Virus record (IMG/VR): IMGVR_UViG_3300028416_000004
Location: 168,515 to 232,514 of that record
Direction: 5' to 3' (one strand)
DNA: 64,000 nt
The position numbers were made by a program, and so were the translations under genes. Under the pieces are notes generated by a model. The model was not told the DNA's origin and made no database searches. It saw only the letters and a program-made list of their open reading frames with translations. Position 1 is the first letter of the stretch. Every line of letters begins with the position of its first letter. Positions 47,556 to 57,789 of this stretch are shown here, in pieces.

Positions 47556-50500
47556 ATGAGTAAAGTTACAATTAAAAATTCAATAGCACATTTATCTGAT
47601 ATTCATATTAGATACGGAAGTAGGCATCAAGAATATAGAGAAGTTTTTGAAGAAACTATAAAAGATTTAAAAAAACAAAAGCCTAGAAGGATAGCTTTAA
47701 CTGGAGATTTATTTCATATTAAAATAACTCTTTCTCCAAAAGCTGTACAGTTAGCTGGTTGGTTTTTAAAAGAATTGTCTAAAATAGCACCAGTTGATTT
47801 AATTTTAGGTAATCATGATTTAAATCTACAATCTTTAGACCAAGGTAATGCAATTGAACCAATAATTGATTTAGTTAATGGCGGTTATATTGTAGAAAAA
47901 GATGCAAAAGACTTACCTATACACGTAGGTGAAGGAAATGGTATTTTCTTTTTTTTACATAGTGGTTTTTACAATATTGAAGATGATATTGTTTACGGTA
48001 TTTATTCTTGTCTGGATGATGAAATATTAACTCTAAGTAAGAAGGATAAAAACAAAACTTATATTGCTATGTATCATGGGCCCATTTATGGCTCTAGAGG
48101 AAATAATGGTTATGAGTTACATTCTAATGAATATATGATGAAGTTAAGTAGCTTTAATAACTTCGATATAGTCATGTTAGGAGATATTCATGAACACCAA
48201 GCTTTTTCTTTAAAAGATTCTTCTATTGAAAATGTAGCTTATCCTGGGTCTTTAATACAGCAAGATTATGGTGAAAGTATTGATAAAGGTTATATTATTT
48301 GGAATTTAGAAACTAAAAAGTTTGAAAGAAAATTTATACCTAATAACTATGGATTTTCTAGTTTACACATTTCAAAAGGAGAATTGTTTGAAGAAAGGTT
48401 AGAAGATTTAAAATTATCTAATAATCCTAAAAAAACAAAAGTTTCTATTGTATGGGAGGAATATGAAGAAAATTATTCTGTTGAAAAAGAAAAGCAAATA
48501 GAAAAGTTTATTAAAAACAAATATGGTTGTGAAATTATCAATATTGATTGTAAATATATAAGTAAAGAAGATGAGATTGACGAATTATCTATTGATGATG
48601 ACATTGATTATTCGAATACAGATGAATTTGAAGATTTATTAAAAGAATTTGTTGAAAATAGTGAATATGATAATGAAGAAGAAGTTTTAGAGTTATCAAG
48701 AAAAATAGATGAAGAATTAAATTATTTAATAACTAAAGGTAAAAAATGGTTTTTAGATAGTTTAGAAGTATGGAATTTATTTGGTTTCCCTTCAGAGAAA
48801 ACTACATTTGATTTCAATAAAATGACTAGTGTAACTGGTATTTTCGGTAAAAACTTTAGTGGTAAAACAAACATCATTAGAGCTTTAGTTTGGATTGCTT
48901 ACAGAAAAATATTAGGCGGTGGAGAACCATATAGATTAACTAATATGTACACCAAAGATGATAAAGCTGGTGGTAGAATTTATTTAACTATAGATTCTCA
49001 AAAGTACTATATTGAAAGAACTGTAAAAGTTAAAACTAAAAAAGATGGCACTTATGATGTTTCATATGGGGTTGAATATAAAGTTTTAAAAACTGATGAG
49101 GAAGGTAAAGAGAAGTGGGTTTCTATAGATTCCGAAAAAGCTGCAACAGAAAAAAAAGAAAGAAATAATATTATAATTGATTCTATAGGTACATTTGATG
49201 ACTTCACTAAAATTGTTTTACAAGCTCAAGGGGGTGAGGGTAACTTTTTAGATATGAGTCAACAACCTAAAAATGATTTAATCAACAAATATTTAGGGCT
49301 TGAAATTTTTAGGGATAGGTACGAATTTGCTAAAAAGACTTTTAACGACATAAAAGCAAAGCAGAAATTTTTAGGAAGCTCTAAAGAACATCAAGAATCT
49401 ATAGAAAAAGAAAAAGAATCAATTAAAAGTAACAAAACTTCACTAAAACAATATCAAGATGAAAAGTTAGATACTGAAAAATTAGTTGAAAATCAAGAAG
49501 GTGAAATATTAGAGTTAACAAAAACTTTAATAAAAGTAGAAGAAACAAAATATAAAGATGTAGATTCAGCAAATAAAATTATAGAAAAAACAAAAGAAAA
49601 AATAGATAACAATAATAGTTCTCAAAAGGATTTGACAGATTGGTTGTCTATTAATTATAAGAAAGAAATCCCTCAAGATAATGTTCTTACGGTTAGTGAA
49701 ATTGAAAGAAAATTAAAAGAAGAAAGGTCATTTTTTGAAACAGAAAAAAAAGAATATAATTCTATAATGAGTTGGGTTGAAGAGAATCCTAAACAAAAAG
49801 AGATAGATGTAAAACCTTTAAATTCTAAAATATTAGAAATAGAATCTGCCTTGTCTAAATTAAGAGATAAGTTAGAAATATCTAAAGGTAAAAAATGTCC
49901 TACTTGTGGAAATGTAGAACAAAAAGCTGATTTAGAATTAGAAAAAAAATGCACTTCAGATATTGAAAGAGGGGAAATCTCTTTAAAAAACAAGAATATT
50001 GAATTAAAAAATGCTGAAGATATAGTTTCTCACAATATAACTTTTGATAAAAAACAAAATAAATTAGGTTCAATAAAAAACTCACTAAAAGAAAGGAAAA
50101 TAAAAATTGATAACCTTAAAGAATCTTTGGAAACTTCTATGAAAATAGATGATATAAAGAAGCATAATAATTTAGTTGAATCGAAAAGTAAGGAATTAGA
50201 AAATTTAAAAAATGAAAACTTATCATTAAATAAAGAATTAGAAAGTGTAGAAAAAGATATTTCCATTTTAGAGACAAATAAAAATTCAATTGAAAGTAAT
50301 AAAGATATAAATTTAAAAATAAAACTTTATGAAGATGAAAAGAAGTCTTTAAAATTAATAATTAATCAATTGAACGATAAATTAACTTCTATTAAATCAG
50401 AAATTAGAATATCAGAAAATAATATAGAAAATTTAGAAGAAAAGTTAGAAGTTATCAAAAAAGCTGAATCTTCATTTAGTAAATACGCTATATATTTACA

Positions 50501-51056
50501 AGCAGTACATAGAGATGGTATACCTGCTAGAATTATTAAGAAAAAACTTCCTGTTATAAATTATAAAATAAATTCTATTTTGAAAAATTTAGTAGATTTT
50601 AAAGTAGAATTAACTATAAAGAGTAATGGAGACATTAAAGAATTTTTCTATTTCAACTCTTTGGAAAGAGATGGTCTTCCAATGTCTATGGCTTCTGGTG
50701 CACAAAAGTTTATTGGTAGTGTTGCTATAAGGGATTCATTGCATTTTGTAAGTTCTTTAACTAAACCATCTTTATGTATTATTGATGAAGGTTTTGGTTC
50801 TTTAGATGATGATTTAACTATTGCTATGCAATCTGTTTTTTATTACTTAAAAGATAAATATAAAAACATATGGATTATTACTCACAAAAATGAAATTAAA
50901 GATTTCGTTGATAATATAATACAAGTTTCAAAGGATAGAAGAATGTTAACTGATGAACAAATGAAAGATAATCCGAAAGCTGGTATTTCAGTTTTTGATT
51001 TAAGTCATTCAAGTAATAAAGGTGAAGTTAATAAAGTAAAAGAATTAGTCCATTAA
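47556..51056 (+). CDS. Mre11-Rad50 (SbcD-SbcC; T4 gp47-gp46-like) nuclease-ATPase fusion
   Basis: Phosphoesterase motifs HLSDIH, GDLFH, GNHD and LGDIH; Walker A GKNFSGKT; zinc hook CPTC; signature MASGAQ; Walker B IIDEGFGSLD; H-loop ITH; all in one 1166-aa frame. Confidence 0.92.
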   Translation: MSKVTIKNSIAHLSDIHIRYGSRHQEYREVFEETIKDLKKQKPRRIALTGDLFHIKITLSPKAVQLAGWFLKELSKIAPVDLILGNHDLNLQSLDQGNAIEPIIDLVNGGYIVEKDAKDLPIHVGEGNGIFFFLHSGFYNIEDDIVYGIYSCLDDEILTLSKKDKNKTYIAMYHGPIYGSRGNNGYELHSNEYMMKLSSFNNFDIVMLGDIHEHQAFSLKDSSIENVAYPGSLIQQDYGESIDKGYIIWNLETKKFERKFIPNNYGFSSLHISKGELFEERLEDLKLSNNPKKTKVSIVWEEYEENYSVEKEKQIEKFIKNKYGCEIINIDCKYISKEDEIDELSIDDDIDYSNTDEFEDLLKEFVENSEYDNEEEVLELSRKIDEELNYLITKGKKWFLDSLEVWNLFGFPSEKTTFDFNKMTSVTGIFGKNFSGKTNIIRALVWIAYRKILGGGEPYRLTNMYTKDDKAGGRIYLTIDSQKYYIERTVKVKTKKDGTYDVSYGVEYKVLKTDEEGKEKWVSIDSEKAATEKKERNNIIIDSIGTFDDFTKIVLQAQGGEGNFLDMSQQPKNDLINKYLGLEIFRDRYEFAKKTFNDIKAKQKFLGSSKEHQESIEKEKESIKSNKTSLKQYQDEKLDTEKLVENQEGEILELTKTLIKVEETKYKDVDSANKIIEKTKEKIDNNNSSQKDLTDWLSINYKKEIPQDNVLTVSEIERKLKEERSFFETEKKEYNSIMSWVEENPKQKEIDVKPLNSKILEIESALSKLRDKLEISKGKKCPTCGNVEQKADLELEKKCTSDIERGEISLKNKNIELKNAEDIVSHNITFDKKQNKLGSIKNSLKERKIKIDNLKESLETSMKIDDIKKHNNLVESKSKELENLKNENLSLNKELESVEKDISILETNKNSIESNKDINLKIKLYEDEKKSLKLIINQLNDKLTSIKSEIRISENNIENLEEKLEVIKKAESSFSKYAIYLQAVHRDGIPARIIKKKLPVINYKINSILKNLVDFKVELTIKSNGDIKEFFYFNSLERDGLPMSMASGAQKFIGSVAIRDSLHFVSSLTKPSLCIIDEGFGSLDDDLTIAMQSVFYYLKDKYKNIWIITHKNEIKDFVDNIIQVSKDRRMLTDEQMKDNPKAGISVFDLSHSSNKGEVNKVKELVH

Positions 51057-53563
51057 TCGTTTGTTTCTGGATTATCATAAGGTTGTTCTAAGTCTCTAGC
51101 ACCAGATTCTCTAAATCTTCTGACTTTAGATTTAAAATCACCTTCTTCTTTTTGTTTTTGAATTAATTCATCTTGGTATTTTTTTGCTTTTGACAAGTCA
51201 AAATTTACTTCTACTGTATTCATTCCTTTATCATTAGGGTTGTATTTATCTGGATTAAAATTGAAGAAATTTCCAGTAAACCACATTCCTCTAATGTTAT
51301 CAGCTTTAAAAAGTCGCCAAACATTCTTAGCTTCTGCGCTACGAATGTTGGTGCTTTTAGCTTCAGATTCTGATTGACCTATTGTGTGTACAGCTCTTAT
51401 GACACGATTACCAGCTCTTGAAATTCCCATAGCTACAGGATAAATCAATCTATATTTACCTGAAGGAGCTTTCATTTCATCACCTTTGTATAAAATTCCA
51501 ACTTCTCTACCTTGTGTTATTGCTTGAGTCATTAAATCTAAATTAAATGGAACTCTTGTGTTACTAGCTGAAAAAGGGTTAGAAGATTCTGTTAAAATTT
51601 TTTCATTATTAGAAAGTACACTTTGTAATTCTCCCCTTATTAATTTTCTAATTTCTGATAATTGATTTTTTTTAATATCTTCAATTTCTCTTAATTCTAT
51701 TACGTTAGGGTTGTATATTATAATATGTTTAGAGTTTTCTCTATTTACAATGACTCCATCAATTCCCAATTTAACACAATTTCTTACAAATTCAACACTA
51801 TCATACCTATAAGCTTCAATCCATATTTGAAGTAACACATCTTTTTCATTGTCATTATATTCATAAGCTGAATCAACCATCATTTCAATTCCAGTTTCAA
51901 TATTTGGAGACCAGTTACTAGTAGTTATTTCTAGTCTTGGTGACATTTTAACTAATTGAATTAATAAATCTCTATTAATATCTTTTTCCTCAGATTCATC
52001 AAATAAAATTTTTGGTGAAACCCTAACTTCATAAACATAACCTCCATCAGCATAACCTAAAGCTTCTTCGTATGAAGTTGTAAAATAAACCCCAGGACCT
52101 TCTTGGTCTGTTGCTTCTTCTGCACCAACAAATTCATCTGTAAATTTTTTAATTTTATGTGGAGAACCATGATAAACAATAAAACTTTCGTTTTCAGTAA
52201 CCTCTTTCATTAAATCATTTTCATTTATAGATTTATCATCAATATCAAATGCTTTAATTTTCCCTTCACTATCAACCCCTAAATTATCAGGTTTTATATC
52301 GCTTGCTTCAATGCCTAAATATCTATATGCTCTATTTATGTCATCAATATCATCAATAAATTTAATCATTTCTTCATCTAAATCTAATTCAGAAGTATCC
52401 AAATTATCTAAATATTGAATAGGTAAACCTTGTTCGCTTAATAAGTCTTCAAGTTGGTAAAACATATCTTCTATACTATAATCCTCCTCCAGTCTTTCCA
52501 TTATAATATAACACTTACCATCTATTACATCCGCAAAATAAAAATCAACAAATCCTTTTAGGGCTGGTATGTTTTTGTTAACTAATTTTTTTGCTAACTC
52601 AAACTCGCTTTTAGATGATGTTATTTTTAAAACTCTACTTTCATCTATTATATAAGCATTTCCAAAGTCACCAGAACCAACAAAAGATAAATCATCTGGG
52701 TTTATGTTTTGCTCTTTATAAAAACTTTCTAAATTAGATTCTTTTAAAGTGCTTTCATTTGTATAACTAGTATCAACCTTAGTATAATAACCTTTATATT
52801 TTTCTATATCTTCTTTAACTAAATTTACACATACCTTTTCTTCACCAGCAGCTATTGCAGACATAATTCTATGGTGACCATCTCTAAGTTGAACTGTAAA
52901 TGAACCTAAATCTCCATCTTGATTTTCGATAGCTTTTTTAATTTTGGTTTCAATATCTATAAATTCATTAAATGTATTATAATCTTCCTCCTCTTTAAAA
53001 TCTTCACCATCAGAATCTCTTTCTAAATCATAAAACTCTTTTTTTAATTGTTCTAAAGATTTAATATTTTCTATTAAGCTAAATTTGTTTTCAATAAAAA
53101 AATCATCTACTTCAGTTAAACTTGTGTAATTTTCATCTGGGATATATGTTTCATTCCCTATATATTCATCTAAGTCACTATCCCCTACACTATAAGGCTC
53201 TTTAACACCATCATAATCTACCTCAAATCTATTATTAAAACTAGCTATTTGATGTTCTTTTATTTCTTGAAAGTTTACTACATTCCCATAAGCATAAGAA
53301 CATTCTATTTCTACATTTTCTTCACTGTTCTTAATTAAGTTAGTTAAAAAATCCATTTTATCAGAATCATATATATTCCCCCACATTCCTTCAACTTGAT
53401 TTTTATTTACAACAATCATTTGATAAGAATCTCCATACCAAGTAACTTGTCTTCCTATGTATTCCGCAGAATTTTCTTTTATATCATCTGAAAGTTTATT
53501 TGAAAAATATTCTTCTTCAAATAAAACACTAAAAGTCTCTCTAATTATATTTCTTATATTCAT
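51053..53563 (-). CDS. Polyvalent multidomain protein: ParB-like, protein-kinase-like, ADP-ribosyltransferase-like and WYL-like domains
   Basis: DGHHR (aa 228-232); GSGDFG/VLK/DIKPDN/FD (aa ~294-441); VYHGSP...GPGVYFT..YEEALGYA...DGVIV (aa ~463 onward); C-terminal R.IYP...IRAV...WRLFKADNI. Confidence 0.75.
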   Translation of the reverse strand: MNIRNIIRETFSVLFEEEYFSNKLSDDIKENSAEYIGRQVTWYGDSYQMIVVNKNQVEGMWGNIYDSDKMDFLTNLIKNSEENVEIECSYAYGNVVNFQEIKEHQIASFNNRFEVDYDGVKEPYSVGDSDLDEYIGNETYIPDENYTSLTEVDDFFIENKFSLIENIKSLEQLKKEFYDLERDSDGEDFKEEEDYNTFNEFIDIETKIKKAIENQDGDLGSFTVQLRDGHHRIMSAIAAGEEKVCVNLVKEDIEKYKGYYTKVDTSYTNESTLKESNLESFYKEQNINPDDLSFVGSGDFGNAYIIDESRVLKITSSKSEFELAKKLVNKNIPALKGFVDFYFADVIDGKCYIIMERLEEDYSIEDMFYQLEDLLSEQGLPIQYLDNLDTSELDLDEEMIKFIDDIDDINRAYRYLGIEASDIKPDNLGVDSEGKIKAFDIDDKSINENDLMKEVTENESFIVYHGSPHKIKKFTDEFVGAEEATDQEGPGVYFTTSYEEALGYADGGYVYEVRVSPKILFDESEEKDINRDLLIQLVKMSPRLEITTSNWSPNIETGIEMMVDSAYEYNDNEKDVLLQIWIEAYRYDSVEFVRNCVKLGIDGVIVNRENSKHIIIYNPNVIELREIEDIKKNQLSEIRKLIRGELQSVLSNNEKILTESSNPFSASNTRVPFNLDLMTQAITQGREVGILYKGDEMKAPSGKYRLIYPVAMGISRAGNRVIRAVHTIGQSESEAKSTNIRSAEAKNVWRLFKADNIRGMWFTGNFFNFNPDKYNPNDKGMNTVEVNFDLSKAKKYQDELIQKQKEEGDFKSKVRRFRESGARDLEQPYDNPETND

Positions 53564-53578
53564 AATAATTAAATAGGT

Positions 53579-54730
53579 TTACTTCTTTTTTTTCTTTTTA
53601 TTTAGTGATTCTTGAGCTTTTTTCCACAAACTCTCATCAGATTGTCTAGCTTTTCCTTTACCTGTTATAAAGCTATTAACTCTTCCCATAGCCCATTGGT
53701 TTTGAGAAACTCCAGACCTATGACCAGTTCTCCAAGCAGCCATACCTTTATCATGAACTTGTTTTAAAATATAATATGGTATACCTGTTTTTTCTGATTT
53801 GTTTTCTAAAGCTTTTTTTGTGTTACTTGAAACACTCTTAGATTCATCAATTTTATTATGACTACTAGGCATTATTGAAATTCCGTATTTTTTATTTAAT
53901 ATTTTTTCTAAAGTTATAGGTATTAACATAGATATTGAACCCATAGCCATAATTGCAACTATTTTTGCTATATCTTTTGCTTGTTCTTTTAGAAATTTTA
54001 TTTCCTTTTCAGAAACTTCTTGTTTTGATAATATTTTTTTACAAATTTTAAAAGCTTCTTTAGTTTCATCTTTTTCTCTTAATGCTATTTCTTTAAATTT
54101 GTTAAAAGATTGTTTTAGTCTTTCTTTTATTTTATCTTTTTTATCATTTAAAATTTCAACATTTTCACCATACATTTTATGGTATGCTTTAGTTGATGAA
54201 CTTGTTTTGGTTTTTTCTCCTTTATCTGCCTCCCATTGTTTTGTATATGCTTTTGGGTTTGAATGATGTTTTTTTGCAAACTTGTCAATTTCTTTTTTCA
54301 TTTGAGCTCTTTTTTTAGAAGATTTAGAAGTTAGATATTTACCTGGTACTTTTATTCCCTTTTTTGTTCTGGAATCTTTTCCTCTTTCTTCTAAAGAAAT
54401 CTGTAAACTATCAGATATGATTTCTTTTAAATTATCAACTTTATTTAAGTTCAATTTATAAATTTTAATTTCTAAATTCCCATCACCCTTAATTAGTCTA
54501 TGAAATTGTTCTGACTCAATTAATATAGGTTCATTAATATTTAAATTCTTAGGAAGTTCATCATCTAATTGTATTTTCCAATCACTTTCATGTAAAGGTA
54601 TTATTATTCTATCTTCAGCATCTCTATGCCAAACTAATTCTTCATTTTTTAATTCTTTTGAGAATGTTCTAATTACAAACTTTCCATCTTTTTGTTCTTT
54701 AAAAGGAAATTTATTTTCTTCTGAATTCAT
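53579..54730 (-). CDS. Multidomain protein: N-terminal cupin-like domain, C-terminal DUF5824-like domain
   Basis: LVWHRD.EDR...WKIQLDDELP...FHRLIKG (cupin-like); TKTSSSTK and GMAAWRTGHRSG..Q.QWAMGRVNSF (DUF5824-like as recalled). Confidence 0.6.
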   Translation of the reverse strand: MNSEENKFPFKEQKDGKFVIRTFSKELKNEELVWHRDAEDRIIIPLHESDWKIQLDDELPKNLNINEPILIESEQFHRLIKGDGNLEIKIYKLNLNKVDNLKEIISDSLQISLEERGKDSRTKKGIKVPGKYLTSKSSKKRAQMKKEIDKFAKKHHSNPKAYTKQWEADKGEKTKTSSSTKAYHKMYGENVEILNDKKDKIKERLKQSFNKFKEIALREKDETKEAFKICKKILSKQEVSEKEIKFLKEQAKDIAKIVAIMAMGSISMLIPITLEKILNKKYGISIMPSSHNKIDESKSVSSNTKKALENKSEKTGIPYYILKQVHDKGMAAWRTGHRSGVSQNQWAMGRVNSFITGKGKARQSDESLWKKAQESLNKKKKKK

Positions 54731-54749
54731 AATTTTTTTTAATTATTTT

Positions 54750-55370
54750 TTACCACCATTTTCCACTTCCACTTAAACCTAACATTTTTGCATATCTAGG
54801 CAATCTACAAGACCAATATCCTGGTGTAGTTTTGTCATTTTTTTGTTCACAATTATGTCTATCAGCAAATCTTTTTCTTGCTTCTGGGTCTCGAAGTTTT
54901 ACTGCTAGTTTGCCTCCACCTTCTTTTGCACCAAATGAAACTTTTTGAATCTTTTTAGTTTTAGGATTTCTAACATAAACATAAAATTTTTTTGAACCAC
55001 CTCTTTTTGGTTTGTTTAACTTTATGTTTTTATTATTTTTTTTACCCTCTTCTAAATTTTCTTCATATTCTTCAAATGGTAAATCTAACACCACTTTTTC
55101 CCCCTCAAATATGCCAAAGTAACCTGCGTCACTTTTTATTAACTCTTCATCTTTTTCGCACAATAAAACTGAATTAGAATTATAAAGTTCTCTGACTTCA
55201 TTTATTAATTTCAAATGTTTGTTAGATGCGTATCTATAAATTGAATTCGATATGCCTAATTTGTTTTCTAGGTGATAATTTAAACTTTCACTTATAACAT
55301 TTTTAGACTCTTTAAGAATTATATTTTCCTTAAATTCAACCTCTAATATTTCTGAAATAAACTTTTTCAT
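54750..55370 (-). CDS. Phage-type hypothetical protein with basic Cys/His C-terminal domain
   Basis: KKFYVYV.NPKT..I.KVSFG...RKRFADRHNC...KTTPGYWSC. Confidence 0.65.
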   Translation of the reverse strand: MKKFISEILEVEFKENIILKESKNVISESLNYHLENKLGISNSIYRYASNKHLKLINEVRELYNSNSVLLCEKDEELIKSDAGYFGIFEGEKVVLDLPFEEYEENLEEGKKNNKNIKLNKPKRGGSKKFYVYVRNPKTKKIQKVSFGAKEGGGKLAVKLRDPEARKRFADRHNCEQKNDKTTPGYWSCRLPRYAKMLGLSGSGKWW

Positions 55371-55420
55371 TTATGCTTTTAATAACTATTAAATAAATAG
55401 TTATAAATTTATAAACATAG

Positions 55421-56032
55421 TTAAAATGAATTGTTTTTTAGGTTTGGAAAATTTTTCCAATTATAATCTCTTTTTGATTTATTGAATTTTTTACTTAAAT
55501 ACTTAACTTCACTTTTATTTAAGTCATTTTCATCTGCAGTTTCATCTGCTTTGTCGGAAAAAGTTTTTTGAGTTTTAACATCATAGTTTGAATCAAACCA
55601 AAATCTATCTTCTTCTGGGTTATATTCTTTTTTAAAATCTTCAGAATTAAAAATTTGATTAAAAATATCCATATATATATTAGATACTGAATAATTATCT
55701 GTAGATTTAGGGCCTACATTTTCTTTTACTGATTTTTTGTTTTTTTTTGATGCACAATGAGCTTTTTGGCTAAACCCTTTAGGGTTATTACAATTTATTG
55801 AATTTTTATATTTTTGACTCCAAGCTTCATCAAGACTTCCATACTTGTCAATCATCCATTTTTTTAACTCTTCAATATTAAACTTTTTATTTTCAGAATC
55901 ATACCCACAAGTATGGCAAAGGTATGGATTTTTATCTTCTTTCTCTTTTTCCCAACTATGAAAACAATTATCACAAACAATCATCCCAGAAAGTTCTTTT
56001 AATCTTTTTTTATATTCTTCATTTAAAATCAT
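55421..56032 (-). CDS. Hypothetical protein with Zn-ribbon and WSQKYK..INCNNPKGFSQKAHC module
   Basis: CDNC...CHTC ribbon; second Cys/His module; N-terminal RLKELSG motif. Confidence 0.65.
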   Translation of the reverse strand: MILNEEYKKRLKELSGMIVCDNCFHSWEKEKEDKNPYLCHTCGYDSENKKFNIEELKKWMIDKYGSLDEAWSQKYKNSINCNNPKGFSQKAHCASKKNKKSVKENVGPKSTDNYSVSNIYMDIFNQIFNSEDFKKEYNPEEDRFWFDSNYDVKTQKTFSDKADETADENDLNKSEVKYLSKKFNKSKRDYNWKNFPNLKNNSF

Positions 56033-56035
56033 AGC

Positions 56036-56401
56036 TTATTTTTTTGTAATTTTAATAAAGTCATCTACAATTTCAACTTTAAAGTCAGAAGGAGAAATGT
56101 TTTCAAAATAAATCTTATAAAATTCTAATGGATTTTTGTTATAATCTAAACTTTTTACTTCTTTTGTTTTATTTTTTTTAGAATCTTTATCTTCCCATGT
56201 TATCAAATTCTTTTTTGTGGAATTTTTATAGAATTCTACTTCATCTATAAATTGCCATTTCTTATCTCCTTTTTTCCTTTTATAAAAAACATCACCACCA
56301 ATGTTACGAACTTGATAATCATAGTTGTTAAGGTTATCATTTTCTAACATTATCCCAGATAAAAATTTAATTCTATTTGTATATGATTCAGATAATTTCA
56401 T
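56036..56401 (-). CDS. Hypothetical protein (RIKFLSG motif)
   Basis: 121-aa ORF with the upstream late-type motif at 56423-56430. Confidence 0.6.
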   Translation of the reverse strand: MKLSESYTNRIKFLSGIMLENDNLNNYDYQVRNIGGDVFYKRKKGDKKWQFIDEVEFYKNSTKKNLITWEDKDSKKNKTKEVKSLDYNKNPLEFYKIYFENISPSDFKVEIVDDFIKITKK

Positions 56402-56476
56402 ACTATTTAATCTAAAGTTTATTATAAATATTAATAAACTTTACTTTTGTGATTGTTTTATTAAATTGTTTTCATA

Positions 56477-56767
56477 ATGCACACTAGGAGACAAATAATT
56501 AAGAATCAAAAAGACTTTTTATATGAAATTAAAAAATCTTTAAATAAAGAATTTAATAATTCAAAACAAGAATTGTTAAATATAGAAACAGATGATAAGG
56601 AAATAATAGATGCTAAAAATATTTTAGAATCTAAATTTAAAAATGTCAAAATCGAAAAAGAAATAAATAAGTTTTTTATAAATGAAAATAACATTTATCC
56701 CAAATATTATGTTTGGTGGGATGAGATTAATGAAAAAGTAGAAATATTTTTATATGAAATCAAATAG
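56477..56767 (+). CDS. Hypothetical protein
   Basis: 96-aa ORF with a TACTTTTG -7-like element at 56442-56449. Confidence 0.55.
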   Translation: MHTRRQIIKNQKDFLYEIKKSLNKEFNNSKQELLNIETDDKEIIDAKNILESKFKNVKIEKEINKFFINENNIYPKYYVWWDEINEKVEIFLYEIK

Positions 56768-57092
56768 AAAGAATACAGAAAATGTTTTAATAGACCTATC
56801 ATATATGGGTTCTATGAATCAATTTGAAGAATTTTATGGTTTTTCAGTTACATACCAAGAATTAGAACAACAAAGTTATGTTGAATTTAAAGATATAATG
56901 TTTGAAAATATTAATCCTAAAATAAAATTTAGAAAATATGGAAGATTTGGTAACATATTGACTGTTAGAGCTGAAATGTATCAAGAAGAAATACAAAAAT
57001 TTGAAGAATTAATACAAAATAATAAGATTAAAACTATTTATGACTGGATAGTGAAAGATGTTACAATTTTAAAAGAAGAAGATTATGAGTGA
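56754..57092 (+). CDS. Hypothetical protein
   Basis: 112-aa ORF overlapping both neighbours by a few bases. Confidence 0.6.
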   Translation: MKSNRKNTENVLIDLSYMGSMNQFEEFYGFSVTYQELEQQSYVEFKDIMFENINPKIKFRKYGRFGNILTVRAEMYQEEIQKFEELIQNNKIKTIYDWIVKDVTILKEEDYE

Positions 57093-57789
57093 AAAAGGAG
57101 ATGCTAAAAAAGAAATGATGGATAGGTTTACTTCAATGGGCATACCTAAACCAGTAAAGCCGATTTCAAACCCCACTGTTACGCCTAAAAATACAGAAAT
57201 GGCCTCTAAAATGGAACAGATTAGGAATGGAGGTTTAAAAAATAACTTTAAACAGTTTATAGATAAATCTGAAAAAGTTTCACATTCACCATCGGCTATA
57301 CCAGTTCCTAAAGTTGGAAAAAATCCAAATGAAAAAGCTAAAAATGTACCTAATTTAAAAAGTTACTCTTCATCTTCAAGTTCTGAAGCTTCTATGTTAG
57401 AGAATATGATGTATGGAGATAGTAATGTAGCTGTAAGTACACAAAATGGTGAAATAGGTAATTATGGTCCTACAAGTACAAACACTAGACAATTGTTACA
57501 ACAGAGATTGTCAGAGAAGAAAAGTCAAGTAAATGAAAATAGCTATCAATCTGAAGAATTTTTACATTACAATTCTGATAGTAATATAACTGATGCAGAG
57601 TTAACTGAAAAAATTACAGAAATTGCTAAAAAAGTCTCAAGAGAAATGATTAAAAAAGTCATTTTGGAATTATCTGATTCTAAAGGTGGATTAGTTATTG
57701 AAAGTAAAAATGTTAAAAAAGCAGAAGTTATCGCAAAAAATAAAGTTAAAATAGACGGTAAAGTTTATAAATTAAGTTTAGATAAGTAA
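57085..57789 (+). CDS. Hypothetical protein
   Basis: 234-aa ORF. Confidence 0.65.
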   Translation: MSEKGDAKKEMMDRFTSMGIPKPVKPISNPTVTPKNTEMASKMEQIRNGGLKNNFKQFIDKSEKVSHSPSAIPVPKVGKNPNEKAKNVPNLKSYSSSSSSEASMLENMMYGDSNVAVSTQNGEIGNYGPTSTNTRQLLQQRLSEKKSQVNENSYQSEEFLHYNSDSNITDAELTEKITEIAKKVSREMIKKVILELSDSKGGLVIESKNVKKAEVIAKNKVKIDGKVYKLSLDK

